Of a stretch of 64,000 nucleotides of DNA, positions 40,826-54,100 are shown in pieces. This DNA comes from Eledone cirrhosa (lineage: Eukaryota), in contig OZ024747.1 of assembly GCA_964016885.1 (NCBI GenBank), forward strand, positions 43,152,001-43,216,000, in the 5' to 3' direction. How positions within the stretch are numbered: position 1 is the stretch's first letter; every line of letters begins with the position of its first letter. The notes beneath the pieces were generated by a model, which searched no databases, was not told the origin of the DNA, and saw nothing but the letters and a program-made list of their open reading frames with translations. A program made the translations under genes and the position numbers.

Positions 40826-41632
40826 CATTATAGGTCATTGCAGTATTTTTTTAATTCCATTTTTTTTTAAATGACTCATACATAGGAATATATATAAAAA
40901 ATAATTTACTCTCGTTAAAAACAAAATAAATAAAAAAAACAACAACAAAAATTGTTTTATAAAAAATAAGATGCAAACAAAAAAAAAGAATAAAGAAAGA
41001 CAAAAAGAAAGAAGCTGCATGATAATAAATAAATTATTTGTAAAAAAAAAAAAGAAAAAATATAAACTAACAAGCACTAAATAGCATCACTGTCTGTGTT
41101 AAAGATGTCTGGAAGCAATTTCTATTGCAAAAAATAACATCAACAACAAGAACAACACTATCATCATCAACAGCAGCAATAATATCAATAATATTAATAT
41201 TATTATCTATGTGTGTATGCATGTGTGTGAATATATATATGTGTGTGTGAATATATATATACATATACATATATATATGTATATATATATATATATAAAT
41301 GTATGCATATTATACACACACAAACAAAAATATATATACTATGTATATAGTTTTGAAGGTGTATGGCTTAGTAGTTAGAGGAGATGGATTAACAATCATG
41401 AGGTTGTGAGTTTGATTCCCAGACTGGGCGATACATTGTGTCCTTGAGCAAAACACTTCATTTCACGTTGGTCTAGTTCATTCAGCTCTAGAAATTAGCT
41501 GCCAAATCATATCCCCCCCCCCAAAAAAAAAACACGTTGCCCTTGCTTGTCCTTCTGAGGCTGTCTTTCTAGGTGCAAAACTCATGGTCATTTGTGACCA
41601 AAGGGGGTCTTTACTTATATATATATATATAT

Positions 41633-42015
41633 GGAGGCACATGGCTTAGTGGTTAGAGCATTGGCCTTGCAATCGAAAGGTTGTGAGTTCAATTCTCAGA
41701 CAGGGTGATGTGTTGTTTCCTTGAGCAAGACACTTTATTTCACATTGCTCCAGTTTACTCAGCTGTAGAAATGAGATGATAGGACTGGGGTCCCTATCAT
41801 TCCACTGGAAAGTGGTAGTGGAGGTACCATGGCAAAAAAGCACCCATCACTCACTGTAAAGTGGACGTGTAGGCACCACGGAAGAACAGCACCCATCACT
41901 CACTGTAAATGAGGTTGGTGTTAGGAAGGGCATCCAGCTGTAGAAATCAAGCCAGAATCAATTCCCGTCCCATCCTTCCAAGCAGGCAAAAGCTGACGTA
42001 AAATGATGATGATGA

Positions 42016-42018
<3 letters not shown>
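41633..42018 (+). mobile_element. tRNA-derived SINE family A with a duplicated internal unit
   Basis: AGCACCCATCACTCACTGTAAA occurs twice. An older diverged head lies at 41356-41490. Confidence 0.9.
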
Positions 42019-42063
<45 letters not shown>

Positions 42064-42254
42064 AAAAATGGATGTTAAAAGGTGATGATGATGATGTTTG
42101 GGAGCTAGATTGGTTTCAGATAGTTACCTCTCTGAAATTGCTGATGGTTCACAGTCAATCCTCTATTTTTACTAATATGCTCAAACCATTTAGCAAGTAC
42201 TTCTCTGATTTATGGTCTTCCCGGCCCCATGCTGCAGTCTATCCACACATATAT

Positions 42255-42740
42255 AAAAAAACACACACAGTCCACGCTGTAATGTGGCCGTGTAGGTAAC
42301 ACGGTAAAAACCTCCCAGTCCACACTGTAAACGTGGTTGGTGTTAGGAAGGGCATCCAGCCATAGAAAACCTGCCAGACAGTCCTATACAAGCAAGACAA
42401 CCAATCTTGCCTCACGTGGGACAATTCCTGTCTAAACCCATGCTAGCGTGGAAGATAGACGTTAAACGATGATGATGATGATGATATATATATATATATA
42501 TATATTGTGTTGGTACCATAAAACATCCAGCCCACACTGTAAAATGGTCATGTAAAATCACGGCAAAAGCACCCAGCACTCTCTGTAAATGTGGCTGCCG
42601 TTAGGAAGGGCATCCAGTCAGAAACAGTTCTATATGAGTGAGACACGGTCACCTGACCCAACTTGCCTCTAAATGGGACAAACCCCCGTCTAACCCATGC
42701 TAGCGTGAAAGATAGACGTTAAACGATGATGATGATGATG
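42255..42740 (+). mobile_element. Two consecutive RTE/SINE 3'-tail fragments
   Basis: Each has two CACTGTAA-type units, TTAGGAAGGGCATCCAG and GACGTTAAACGATGATGATG. Confidence 0.82.
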
Positions 42741-43999
42741 ATATATATAAGAATGAAGAATAAGGCGGTATTCTGGAATCTGTCTTATTTTTCGTTCTTA
42801 TACAAAAACTCTAAGGTAATCAAATGGCAGAGTCATTAGAATGTTGGATAGAATGCTTTGCTGCATTCATGTTGGCTCACTAATTGCTAAGTTCAAATCT
42901 TGTCCAGGTCAACATTGCCTTTCTTCCATTCGAGGCTGATAAAAAAAGTACCAGTTTAGTACTGGGTCAATTCTTCCTCTGTATCTCTTTTTCACTTCCC
43001 ATTCTCTCACTTTCTATCCTTCTCTGGAAGAAATATGCCGTATCCAGATCTATAGAGGAGATGGGCTCTGCCAGGTTTAAACATACCCTAGAAATGTTGT
43101 ATGTCAATAGAGCACCCCTACAACTCCCTCACGAGTTATGACACAATGCATGAGCACAAAAACTCAGTTGTACATAAACCTTTGTGATTATATCACAGTC
43201 TGGAAACTATATGACGTTGAATGCTAAATCCTGTGTACTCAAGAGTTAATTGAGTGACAAGTACAATTGGGAAACAATAACTGATTAACAATCACAGACG
43301 GACCAATCACATATATATATCAGTTCTTGTATGAGCAAGGCATGGTCAGCCGACCAGACACTGCCCACAACAGGACAACCCGTCTAACCCATGCTAGCGT
43401 GGAAGAACGGACGTAAAACGGTGATGATGATGATGATGATGTGTGTAAGCATGAGCTTGTTTCTCTTTCTGTATTTGTATTTGTCTGTGTGTGTGTGTGT
43501 GGAAGCATAAAAGACAAGATAAAATATATTGTTAATAGGTTCACACTCAGAGAAGTAAAAGTATTTTTATGTTTCAGACACAAGTCCTTTAACAGGAAAC
43601 AGTAGGAGAATAGGAGAGAAAATACAAAATGTGAAAAAAGTATATAGAAGATAGTTGTATCATATATGTATGTGTATTATATATTTGTGTGTATATATTT
43701 ATACATACACACAAGCATACATACATGTTGCTACTTTTTGTCAGAAGAGTGCCATCTCTTCATTAAACCTTTAGCATTCACATTATTTTATATATACTAT
43801 TATATTTTAATGGTAAAAGCTTTACCTCACATAATATCTCACATAATATCGAATCTATGAGATTTTGAAAGTATTTATTTTGAGAACAATACTTTAACAA
43901 CAGTTTGAGTGACAGTTCAGCTAGTTTCAACAGAAAGAGGTAGAGAATTCTGGTCGGTTTGAACACTAAAGGGTTAAACATTGCACAATCATGGGCATG

Positions 44000-44375
44000 C
44001 TGGTAACATTTCAGACCCATTTTTATTTGTCAAGCTGGGGTGTGTCTTCATGCATTCTACCATGTTTGGTGACTCCACCAGCTTGCAAATTACTCATTGC
44101 AAATGTACTGTAGAGGGCATGGCAGTAGAACCATCTCACAAGTGACTCAATTTCTCTCTGGCTCATGTGTCTTCAGATGGTTGACAAATCCAGCTCTTGA
44201 TAGAAGAAATTGGCCACATACATTGCACCTCAATTCCTGCTTGCTTTTTGCCGCCACTGCACTTGGGTCCCACTTACGGAGTGAACACTTCAAAGCAGCA
44301 TACTTCATTCACTTCATGAAAGACATCACATATAGACTTGATGATCATTCTCCATGTTATTTGGCCATCATCCTA
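44000..44375 (-). mobile_element. Degenerate RTE/BovB-like LINE C-terminus with a C2H2 finger
   Basis: The minus strand reads WRMIIKSICDVFHE ... CNVCGQFLLSRAGFVNHLKTH with intervening stops (hand translation). Confidence 0.6.
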
Positions 44376-44513
44376 CAACAACAAAATTTAAGGACTAGTA
44401 GATGCCAATACATTTATAACAATTATAAATGTGCTCCACATGGATATAAAATTTCAGTTATAAATTCCTTCTTTAAGAAAGGTCTTTAGAATAAAACTTA
44501 GAGAAGCGAAAAA

Positions 44514-44556
<43 letters not shown>

Positions 44557-44979
44557 TATATCATCGTCATTCTACGTCCGCTTTTCCCTGCTTTATAGGA
44601 TAAAACATGGTTTAGTTTATAACAGACTTTCAAATGAATTAGTACACTAAATTATATAACAACAGAGAAACACATATAATAGAATAAATCACAGACACAT
44701 ATAACATATGATACATTCTGTCTATAGAATAAATTATGTCATCCTACCGTAAACTAACATTTAATATGCTATAAGAAAATGAAAATTAAAAATCTTCTCG
44801 TCCATAACAAATCACATATCATCCAGCCTGTGAATAATGACTAATGTAATTTAGAATTTCATTTGTAAAAACAGAATTTCTAAACTTTTATGATTCTCAC
44901 AATTATATTAGATACATTTTTAATGCAGAAAGACAATCCTGGTAAAATTTTCCCAGACATTATTGTTATACATATATAT

Positions 44980-45145
44980 CATCATCATCTTCATCATCAC
45001 TGTTTAATGTTCATTTTTCCATGCTAGCGCAGGTTAGAAAGGTTGTCCCATTGTGAGACAAGTCAGATCAGATGACTGTTTTGCACATACAGAATTTTTC
45101 TGGCTTGGTTTCTATGGCTAGATACCCTTCCTAATGCCAACCACA
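44980..45145 (-). mobile_element. RTE/SINE 3' tail anchoring the 48-bp satellite
   Basis: (CAT)n, GTTTAATGTTC...CCATGCTAGC and CCCTTCCTAATGCCAACCACA run directly into the first TTTACAGTGTGG. Confidence 0.88.
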
Positions 45146-48100
45146 TTTACAGTGTGGACTTGGCAGTTTTTGTAGCACCAAAACGACTGCTTTACAGTGT
45201 GGGCTGGGCAGTTTTTGTTGTAGCACCAAAACGACTGCTTTACAGTGTGGACTGGGCAGTTTTTGTTGTAGCACCAAAACGACTGCTTTACAGTGTGGAC
45301 TTGGCGGTTTTTGTTGTAGCACCAAAACGACTGCTTTACAGTGTGGGCTGGGCAGTTTTTGTTGTAGCACCAAAACGACTGCTTTACAGTGTGGACTTGG
45401 CAGTTTTTGTTGTAGCACAAAAATGACTGCTTTACAGTGTGAACTTGGCAGTTTTTGTTGTAGCACCAAAACGAATGCTTTACAGTGTGGACTTGGCAGT
45501 TTTTGTTGTAGCACCAAAACGACTGCTTTACAGTGTGGGCTGGGCAGTTTTTGTTGTAGCACCAAAACGACTGCTTTACAGTGTGGGCTGGGCAGTTTTT
45601 GTTGTAGCACCAAAACGACAGCTTTACAGTGTGGGCTGGGCAGTTTTTGTTGTAGCACCAAAACGACAGCTTTACAGTGTGGGCTGGGCAGTTTTTGTTG
45701 TAGCACCAAAACGACTGCTTTACAGTGTGGGCTGGGCACTTTTTGTTGTAGCACCAAAACGACTGCTTTACAGTGTGGACTTGGCACTTTTTGTTGTAGC
45801 ACCAAAACGACTGCTTTACAGTGTGGGCTGGGCAGTTTTTGTTGTAGCACCAAAACGACTGCTTTACAGTGTGGACTTGGCACTTTTTGTTGTAGCACCA
45901 AAACGACTGCTTTACAGTGTGGACTTGGCAGTTTTTGTTGTAGCACTAAAACGACTGCTTTACAGTGTGGGCTGGGCAGTTTTGTTGTAGCACCAAAACG
46001 ACTGCTTTTCAGTGTGGACTTGGCAGTTTTTGTTGTAGCACCAAAACGACTGCTTTACAGTGTGGACTTGGCACTTTTTGTTGTTGCACCAAAACAACTG
46101 CTTTACAGTGTGGGCTGGGAAGTTTTTGTTGTAGCACCAAAACGACTGCTTTACAGTGTGGGCTGGGCAGTTTTTGTTGTAGCACCAAAACGACTGCTTT
46201 ACAGTGTGTGCTGGGCGGTTCTTGTTGTAGCACCAAAACGACTACTTTACAGTGTGGACTTGGCAGTTTTTGTTGTAGCACCAAAACGACTGCTTTACAG
46301 TGTGGACTTGGCACTTTTTGTTGTAGCACCAAAACGACTGCTTTACAGTGTGGGCTGGGCAGTTTTTGTTGTAGCACCAAAACGACTGCTTTACAGTGTG
46401 GACTTGGCACTTTTTGTTGTAGCACCAAAACGACTGCTTTACAGTGTGGGCTGGGCAGTTTTTGTTGTAGCACCAAAACGACTGCTTCACAGTGTGGACT
46501 TGGCACTTTTTGTTGTAGCACCAAAACGACTGCTTTACAGTGTGGACTTGGCAGTTTTTGTTGTAGCACTAAAACGACTGCTTTACAGTGTGGGCTGGGC
46601 AGTTTTGTTGTAGCACGAAAACGACTGCTTTTCAGTGTGGACTTGGCAGTTTTTGTTGTAGCACCAAAACGACTGCTTTACAGTGTGGACTTGGCACTTT
46701 TTGTTGTTGCACCAAAACAACTGCTTTACAGTGTGGGCTGGGAAGTTTTTGTTGTAGCACCAAAACGACTGCTTTACAGTGTGGGCTGGGCAGTTTTTGT
46801 TGTAGCACCAAAACGACTGCTTTACAGTGTGTGCTGGGCGGTTCTTGTTGTAGCACCAAAACGACTACTTTACAGTGTGGACTTGGCAGTTTTTGTTGTA
46901 GCACCAAAACGACTGCTTTACAGTGTGGACTTGGCACTTTTTGTTGTAGCACCAAAACGACTGCTTTACAGTGTGGGCTGGGCAGTTTTTGTTGTAGCAC
47001 AAAAACGACTGCTTTACACTGTGGACTTGGCACTTTTTGTTGTAACACCAAAACGACTGCTTTACAGTGTGGGCTGGGCAGTTTTTGTTGTAGCACCAAA
47101 ACGACTGCTTTACAGTGTGGGCTGGGCAGTTTTTGTTGTAGCACCAAAACGACTGCTTTACAGTGTGGACTTGGCAGTTCTTGTTGTAGCACCAAAACGA
47201 CTACTTTACAGTGTGGACTTGGCACTTTTTGTTGTAGCACCAAAACGACTGCTTTACAGTGTGGACTTGGCAGTTTTTGTTGTAGCACCAAAACGACTGC
47301 TTTACAGTGTGGACTTGGCAGTTCTTGTTGTAGCACCAAAACGACTACTTTACAGTGTGGACTTGGCACTTTTTGTTGTAACACCAAAACGACTGCTTTA
47401 CAGTGTGGGCTGGGCAGTTTTTGTTGTAGCACCAAAACGACTGCTTTACAGTGTGGGCTGGGCAGTTTTTGTTGTAGCACCAAAACGACTGCTTTACAGT
47501 GTGGACTTGGCAGTTCTTGTTGTAGCACCAAAACGACTACTTTACAGTGTGGACTTGGCACTTTTTGTTGTAGCACCAAAACGACTGCTTTACAGTGTGG
47601 ACTTGGCAGTTTTTGTTGTAGCACCAAAACGACTGCTTTACAGTGTGGACTTGGCAGTTCTTGTTGTAGCACCAAAACGACTACTTTACAGTGTGGACTT
47701 GGCACTTTTTGTTGTAGCACCAAAACGACTGCTTTACAGTGTGGACTTGGCACTTTTTGTTGTAGCACCAAAACGACTGCTTTACAGTGTGGACTTGGCA
47801 GTTTTTGTTGTAGCACCAAACCGACTGCTTTACAGTGTGGGCTGGGCAGTTTTTGTTGTAGCACCAAAACGACTGCTTTACAGTGTGGGCTGGGCAGTTT
47901 TTGTTGTAGCACCAAAACGACTGCTTTACAGTGTGCACTTGGCACATTTTGTTGTAGCACCAAAACGACTGCTTTACAGTGTGGGCTGGGCAGTTTTTGT
48001 TGTAGCACCAAAACGACTGCTTTACAGTGTGGACTTGGCACTTTTTGTTGTAGCACCAAAACGACTGCTTTACAGTGTGGACTTGGCAGTTTTTGTTGTA

Positions 48101-51100
48101 GCACCAAACCGACTGCTTTACAGTGTGGGCTGGGCAGTTTTTGTTGTAGCACCAAAACGACTGCTTTACAGTGTGGGCTGGGCAGTTTTTGTTGTAGCAC
48201 CAAAACGACTGCTTTACAGTGTGCACTTGGCACTTTTTGTTGTAGCACCAAAACGACTGCTTTACAGTGTGGGCTGGGCAGTTTTTGTTGTAGCACCAAA
48301 ACGACTGCTTTACAGTGTGGGCTGGGCAGTTTTTGTTGTAGCACCAAAACGACTGCTTTACAGTGTGGACTTGGCGCTTTTTGTTGTAGCACCAAAACGA
48401 CTGCTTTACAGTGTGGGCTGGGCAGTTTTTGTTGTAGCACCAAAACGACTGCTTTACAGTGTGGGCTGGGCAGTTTTTGTTGTAGCACCAAAACGACTGC
48501 TTTACAGTGTGGGCTGGGCAGTTTTTGTTGTAGTACCAAAACGACTGCTCTACAGTGTGGGCTGGGCAGTTTTTGTTGTAGCACCAAAACGACTGCTTTA
48601 CAGTGTGGACTTGGCAGTTTTTGTTGTAGCACAAAAATGACTGCTTTACAGTGTGGACTTGGCAGTTTTTGTTGTAGCACCAAAACGACTGCTTTACAGT
48701 GTGGACTTGGCACTTTTTGTTGTAGCACCAAAACGACTGCTTTACAGTGTGGGCTGGGCAGTTTTTGTTGTAGCACCAAAACGACTGCTTTACAGTGTGG
48801 GCTGGGCAGTTTTTGTTGTAGCACCAAAACGACTGCTTTACAGTGTGGGCTGGGCAGTTTTTGTTGTAGCACCAAAACGACTGCTTTACAGTGTGGGCTG
48901 GGCACATTTTGTTGTAACACCAAAACGACTGCTTTACAGTGTGGACTGGGCAGTTTTTGTTGTAGCACCAAAACGACTGCTTTACAGTGTGGGCTGGGCA
49001 GTTTTTGTTGTAGCACCAAAACGACTGCTTTACAGTGTGGACTTGGCAGTTTTTGTTGTAGCACCAAAACGACTGCTTTACAGTGTGGGCTGGGCAGTTT
49101 TTGTTGTAGCACCAAAACGACTGCTTTACAGTGTAGGCTGGGCAGTTTTTGTTGTAGCACCAAAACGACTGCTTTACAGTGTGGACTTGGCAGTTTTTGT
49201 TGTAGCACCAAAACGACTGCTTTACAGTGTGGGCTGGGCAGTTTTTGTTGTAGCACCAAAACGACTGCTTTACAGTGTGGACTTGGCAGTTTTTGTTGTA
49301 GCCCAAAAATGACTGATTTACAGTGTGGACTTGGCAGTTTTTGTTGTAGCACCAAAACGACTGCTTTACAGTGTGGGCTGGGCAGTTTTTGTTGTAGCAC
49401 CAAAACGACTGCTTTACAGTGTGGACTTGGCAGTTTTTGTTGTAGCACCAAAACGACTGCTTTACAGTGTGGGCTGGGCAGTTTTTGTTGTAGCACCGAA
49501 ACGACTGCTTTACAGTGTGGGCTGGGCAGTTTTTGTTGTAGCACCAAAACGACTGCTTTACAGTGTGGACTTGGCACTTTTTGTTGTAGCACCAAAACGA
49601 CTGCTTTACAGTGTGGGCTGGGCAGTTTTTGTTGTAGCACCAAAACGACTGCTTTACAGTGTGGGCTGGGCAGTTTTTGTTGTAGCACCAAAACGACTGC
49701 TTTACAGTGTGGGCTGGTCACTTTTTGTTGTAACACCAAAACGACTGCTTTACAGTGTGGACTTTGCAGTTCTTGTTGTAGCACCAAAACGACTGCGTTA
49801 CAGTGTGGACTTGGCACTTTTTGTTGTAGCACCAAAACGACTGCTTTACAGTGTGGACTTGGCGCTTTTTGTTGTAGCACCAAAACGACTGCTTTACAGT
49901 GTGGACTTGGCACTTTTTGTTGTAGCACCAAAACGACTGCTTTACAGTGTGGGCTGGGCAGTTTTTGTTGTAGCACAAAAATGACTGCTTTACAGTGTGG
50001 ACTTGGCAGTTTTTGTTGTAGCACCAAAACGACTGCTTTACAGTGTGGGCTGGTCACTTTTTGTTGTAACACCAAAACGACTGCTTTACAGTGTGGACTT
50101 TGCAGTTCTTGTTGTAGCACCAAAACGACTGCGTTACAGTGTGGGCTGGGCAGTTTTTGTTGTAGCACCAAAACGACTGCTTTACAGTGTGGACTTGGCG
50201 CTTTTTGTTGTAGCACCAAAACAACTGCTTTACAGTGTGGACTTGGCAGTTTTTGTTGTAGCACAAAAATGACTGCTTTACAGTGTGGACTTGGCAGTTT
50301 TTGTTGTAGCACCAAAACGACTGCTTTACAGTGTGGACTTGGCAGTTTTTGTTGTAGCACCAAAACGACTGCGTTACAGTGTGGGCTGGGCAGTTTTTGT
50401 TGTAGCACCAAAACGACTGCTTTACAGTGTGGGCTGGGCAGTTTTTGTTGTAGCACCAAAACGACTGCTTCACAGTGTGGGCTGGGCAGTTTTTGTTGTA
50501 GCACCAAAACGACTGCTTTACAGTGTGGGCTGGGCACTTTTTGTTGTAGCACCAAAACGACTGCTTTACAGTGTGGACTTGGCAGTTTTTGTTGTAGCAC
50601 CAAAACGACTGCTTTACAGTGTGGGCTGGGCAGTTTTTGTTGTAGCACCAAAACGACTGCTTTACAGTGTGGGCTGGGCAGTTTTTGTTGTAGCACCAAA
50701 ACGATTGCTTTACAGTGTGGACTTGGCGCTTTTTGTTGTAGCACCAAACGACTGCTTTACAGTGTGGGCTGGGCAGTTTTTGTTGTAGCACCAAAACGAC
50801 TGCTTTACAGTGTGGACTTGGCGCTTTTTGTTGTAGCACCAAAACGACTGCTTTACAGTGTGGGCTGGGCAGTTTTTGTTGTAGCACCAAAACGACTGCT
50901 TTACAGTGTGGACTTGGCAGTTTTTGTTGTAGCACCAAAACGACTTCTTTACAGTGTGGACTTGGCAGTTTTTGTTGTAGCACCAAAACGACTGCTTTAC
51001 AGTGTGGGCTGGGCAGTTTTGTTGTAGCACCAAAACGACTGCTTTACAATGTGGACTTGGCAGTTTTTGTTGTAGCACCAAAACGACTGCTTTACAGTGT

Positions 51101-54100
51101 GTGCTGGGCGGTTCTTGTTGTAGCACCAAAACGACTATTTTACAGTGTGGACTTGACAGTTTTTGTTGTAGCACCAAAACGACTGCTTTACAGTGTGGAC
51201 TTGGCACTTTTTGTTGTAGCACCAAAACGACTGCATTACAGTGTGGGCTGGGCAGTTTTTGTTGTAGCACCAAAACGACTGCTTTACACTGTGGACTTGG
51301 CACTTTTTGTTGTAGCACCAAAACGACTGCTTTACAGTGTGGGCTGGGAAGTTTTTGTTGTAGCACCAAAACGACTGCTTTACAGTGTGGGCTGGGCAGT
51401 TTTTGTTGTAGCACCAAAACGACTGCTTTACAGTGTGTGCTGGGCGGTTCTTGTTGTAGCACCAAAACGACTATTTTACAGTGTGGACTTGACAGTTTTT
51501 GTTGTAGCACCAAAACGACTGCTTTACAGTGTGGACTTGGCACTTTTTGTTGTAGCACCAAAACGACTGCATTACAGTGTGGGCTGGGCAGTTTTTGTTG
51601 TAGCACCAAAACGACTGCTTTACACTGTGGACTTGGCACTTTTTGTTGTAGCACCAAAACGACTGCTTTACAGTGTGGGCTGGGCAGTTTTTGTTGTAGC
51701 ACCAAAACGACTGCTTTACAGTGTGGGCTGGGCAGTTTTTGTTGTAGCACCAAAACGACTGCTTTACAGTGTGGACTTGGCAGTTCTTGTTGTAGCACCA
51801 AAACGACTACTTTACAGTGTGGACTTGGCACTTTTTGTTGTAGCACCAAAACGATTGCTTTACAGTGTGGACTTGGCAGTTTTTGTTGTAGCACCAAAAC
51901 GACTGCTTTACAGTGTGGACTTGGCAGTTTTTGTTGTAGCCCAAAAATGACTGATTTACAGTGTGGACTTGGCAGTTTTTGTTGTAGCACCAAAACGACT
52001 GCTTTACAGTGTGGACTTGGCAGTTTTTGTTGTAGCACCAAAACGACTGCTTTACAGTGTGGGCTGGGCAGTTTTTGTTGTAGCACCAAAACGACTGCTT
52101 TACAGTGTGGGCTGGGCAGTTTTTGTTGTAGCACCAAAACGACTGCTTTACAGTGTGGACTTGGCAGTTTTTGTTGTAGCACCAAAACGACTGCTTTACA
52201 GTGTGGACTTGGCGCTTTTTGTTGTAGCACCAAAACGACTGCTTTACAGTGTGGACTTGGCACTTTTTGTTGTAGCACCAAAACGACTGCTTTACAGTGT
52301 GGGCTGGGCAGTTTTTGTTGTAGCACAAAAATGACTGCTTTACAGTGTGGACTTGGCAGTTTTTGTTGTAGCACCAAAACGACTGCTTTACAGTGTGGGC
52401 TGGTCACTTTTTGTTGTAACACCAAAACGACTGCTTTACAGTGTGGACTTTGCAGTTCTTGTTGTAGCACCAAAACGACTGCGTTACAGTGTGGGCTGGG
52501 CAGTTTTTGTTGTAGCACCAAAACGACTGCTTTACAGTGTGGACTTGGCGCTTTTTGTTGTAGCACCAAAACAACTGCTTTACAGTGTGGACTTGGCAGT
52601 TTTTGTTGTAGCACCAAAACGACTGCGTTACAGTGTGGGCTGGGCAGTTTTTGTTGTAGCACCAAAACGACTGCTTTACAGTGTGGGCTGGGCAGTTTTT
52701 GTTGTAGCACCAAAACGACTGCTTCACAGTGTGGGCTGGGCAGTTTTTGTTGTAGCACCAAAACGACTGCTTTACAGTGTGGGCTGGGCAGTTTTTGTTG
52801 TAGCACCAAAACGACTGCTTTACAGTGTGGACTTGGCACTTTTTGTTGTAGCACCAAAACGACTGCTTTACAGTGTGGACTTGGCAGTTTTTGTTGTAGC
52901 ACCAAACCGACTGCTTTACAGTGTGGGCTGGGCAGTTTTTGTTGTAGCACCAAAACGACTGCTTTACAGTGTGGGCTGGGCAGTTTTTGTTGTAGCACCA
53001 AAACGACTGCTTTACAGTGTGCACTTGGCACTTTTTGTTGTAGCACCAAAACGACTGCTTTACAGTGTGGGCTGGGCAGTTTTTGTTGTAGCACCAAAAC
53101 GACTGCTTTACAGTGTGGGCTGGGTAGTTTTTGTTGTAGCACCAAAACGACTGCTTTACAGTGTGGACTTGGCGCTTTTTGTTGTAGCACCAAAACGACT
53201 GCTTTACAGTGTGGGCTGGGCAGTTTTTGTTGTAGCACCAAAACGACTGCTTTACAGTGTGGGCTGGGCAGTTTTTGTTGTAGCACCAAAACGACTGCTT
53301 TACAGTGTGGGCTGGGCAGTTTTTGTTGTAGCACCAAAACGACTGCTTTACAGTGTGGGCTGGTCACTTTTTGTTGTAACACCAAAACGACTGCTTTACA
53401 GTGTGGACTTTGCAGTTCTTGTTGTAGCACCAAAACGACTGCGTTACAGTGTGGACTTGGCACTTTTTGTTGTAGCACCAAAACGACTGCTTTACAGTGT
53501 GGGCTGGGCAGTTTTTGTTGTAGCACCAAAACGACTGCTTTACAGTGTGGGCTGGGCAGTTTTTGTTGTAGCACCAAAACGACTGCTTTACAGTGTGGGC
53601 TGGGCAGTTTTTGTTGTAGCACCAAAACGACTGCTTTACAGTGTGGGCTGGGCAGTTTTTGTTGTAGCACCAAAACGACTGCTTTACAGTGTGGGCTGGG
53701 CACATTTTGTTGTAACACCAAAACGACTGCTTTACAGTGTGGACTGGGCAGTTTTTGTTGTAGCACCAAAACGACTGCTTTACAGTGTGGGCTGGGCAGT
53801 TTTTGTTGTAGCACCAAAACGACTGCTTTACAGTGTGGACTTGGCAGTTTTTGTTGTAGCACCAAAACGACTGCTTTACAGTGTGGGCTGGGCAGTTTTT
53901 GTTGTAGCACCAAAACGACTGCTTTACAGTGTAGGCTGGGCAGTTTTTGTTGTAGCACCAAAACGACTGCTTTACAGTGTGGGCTTGGCAGTTTTTGTTG
54001 TAGCACCAAAACGACTGCTTTACAGTGTGGGCTGGGCAGTTTTTGTTGTAGCACCAAAACGACTGCTTTACAGTGTGGACTTGGCAGTTTTTGTTGTAGC

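Noticed and set aside
39567-40838. Poly-His or Gly/Asp-rich structural protein
   Set aside because: Trinucleotide tract open in multiple frames, with no splice or signal-peptide evidence.
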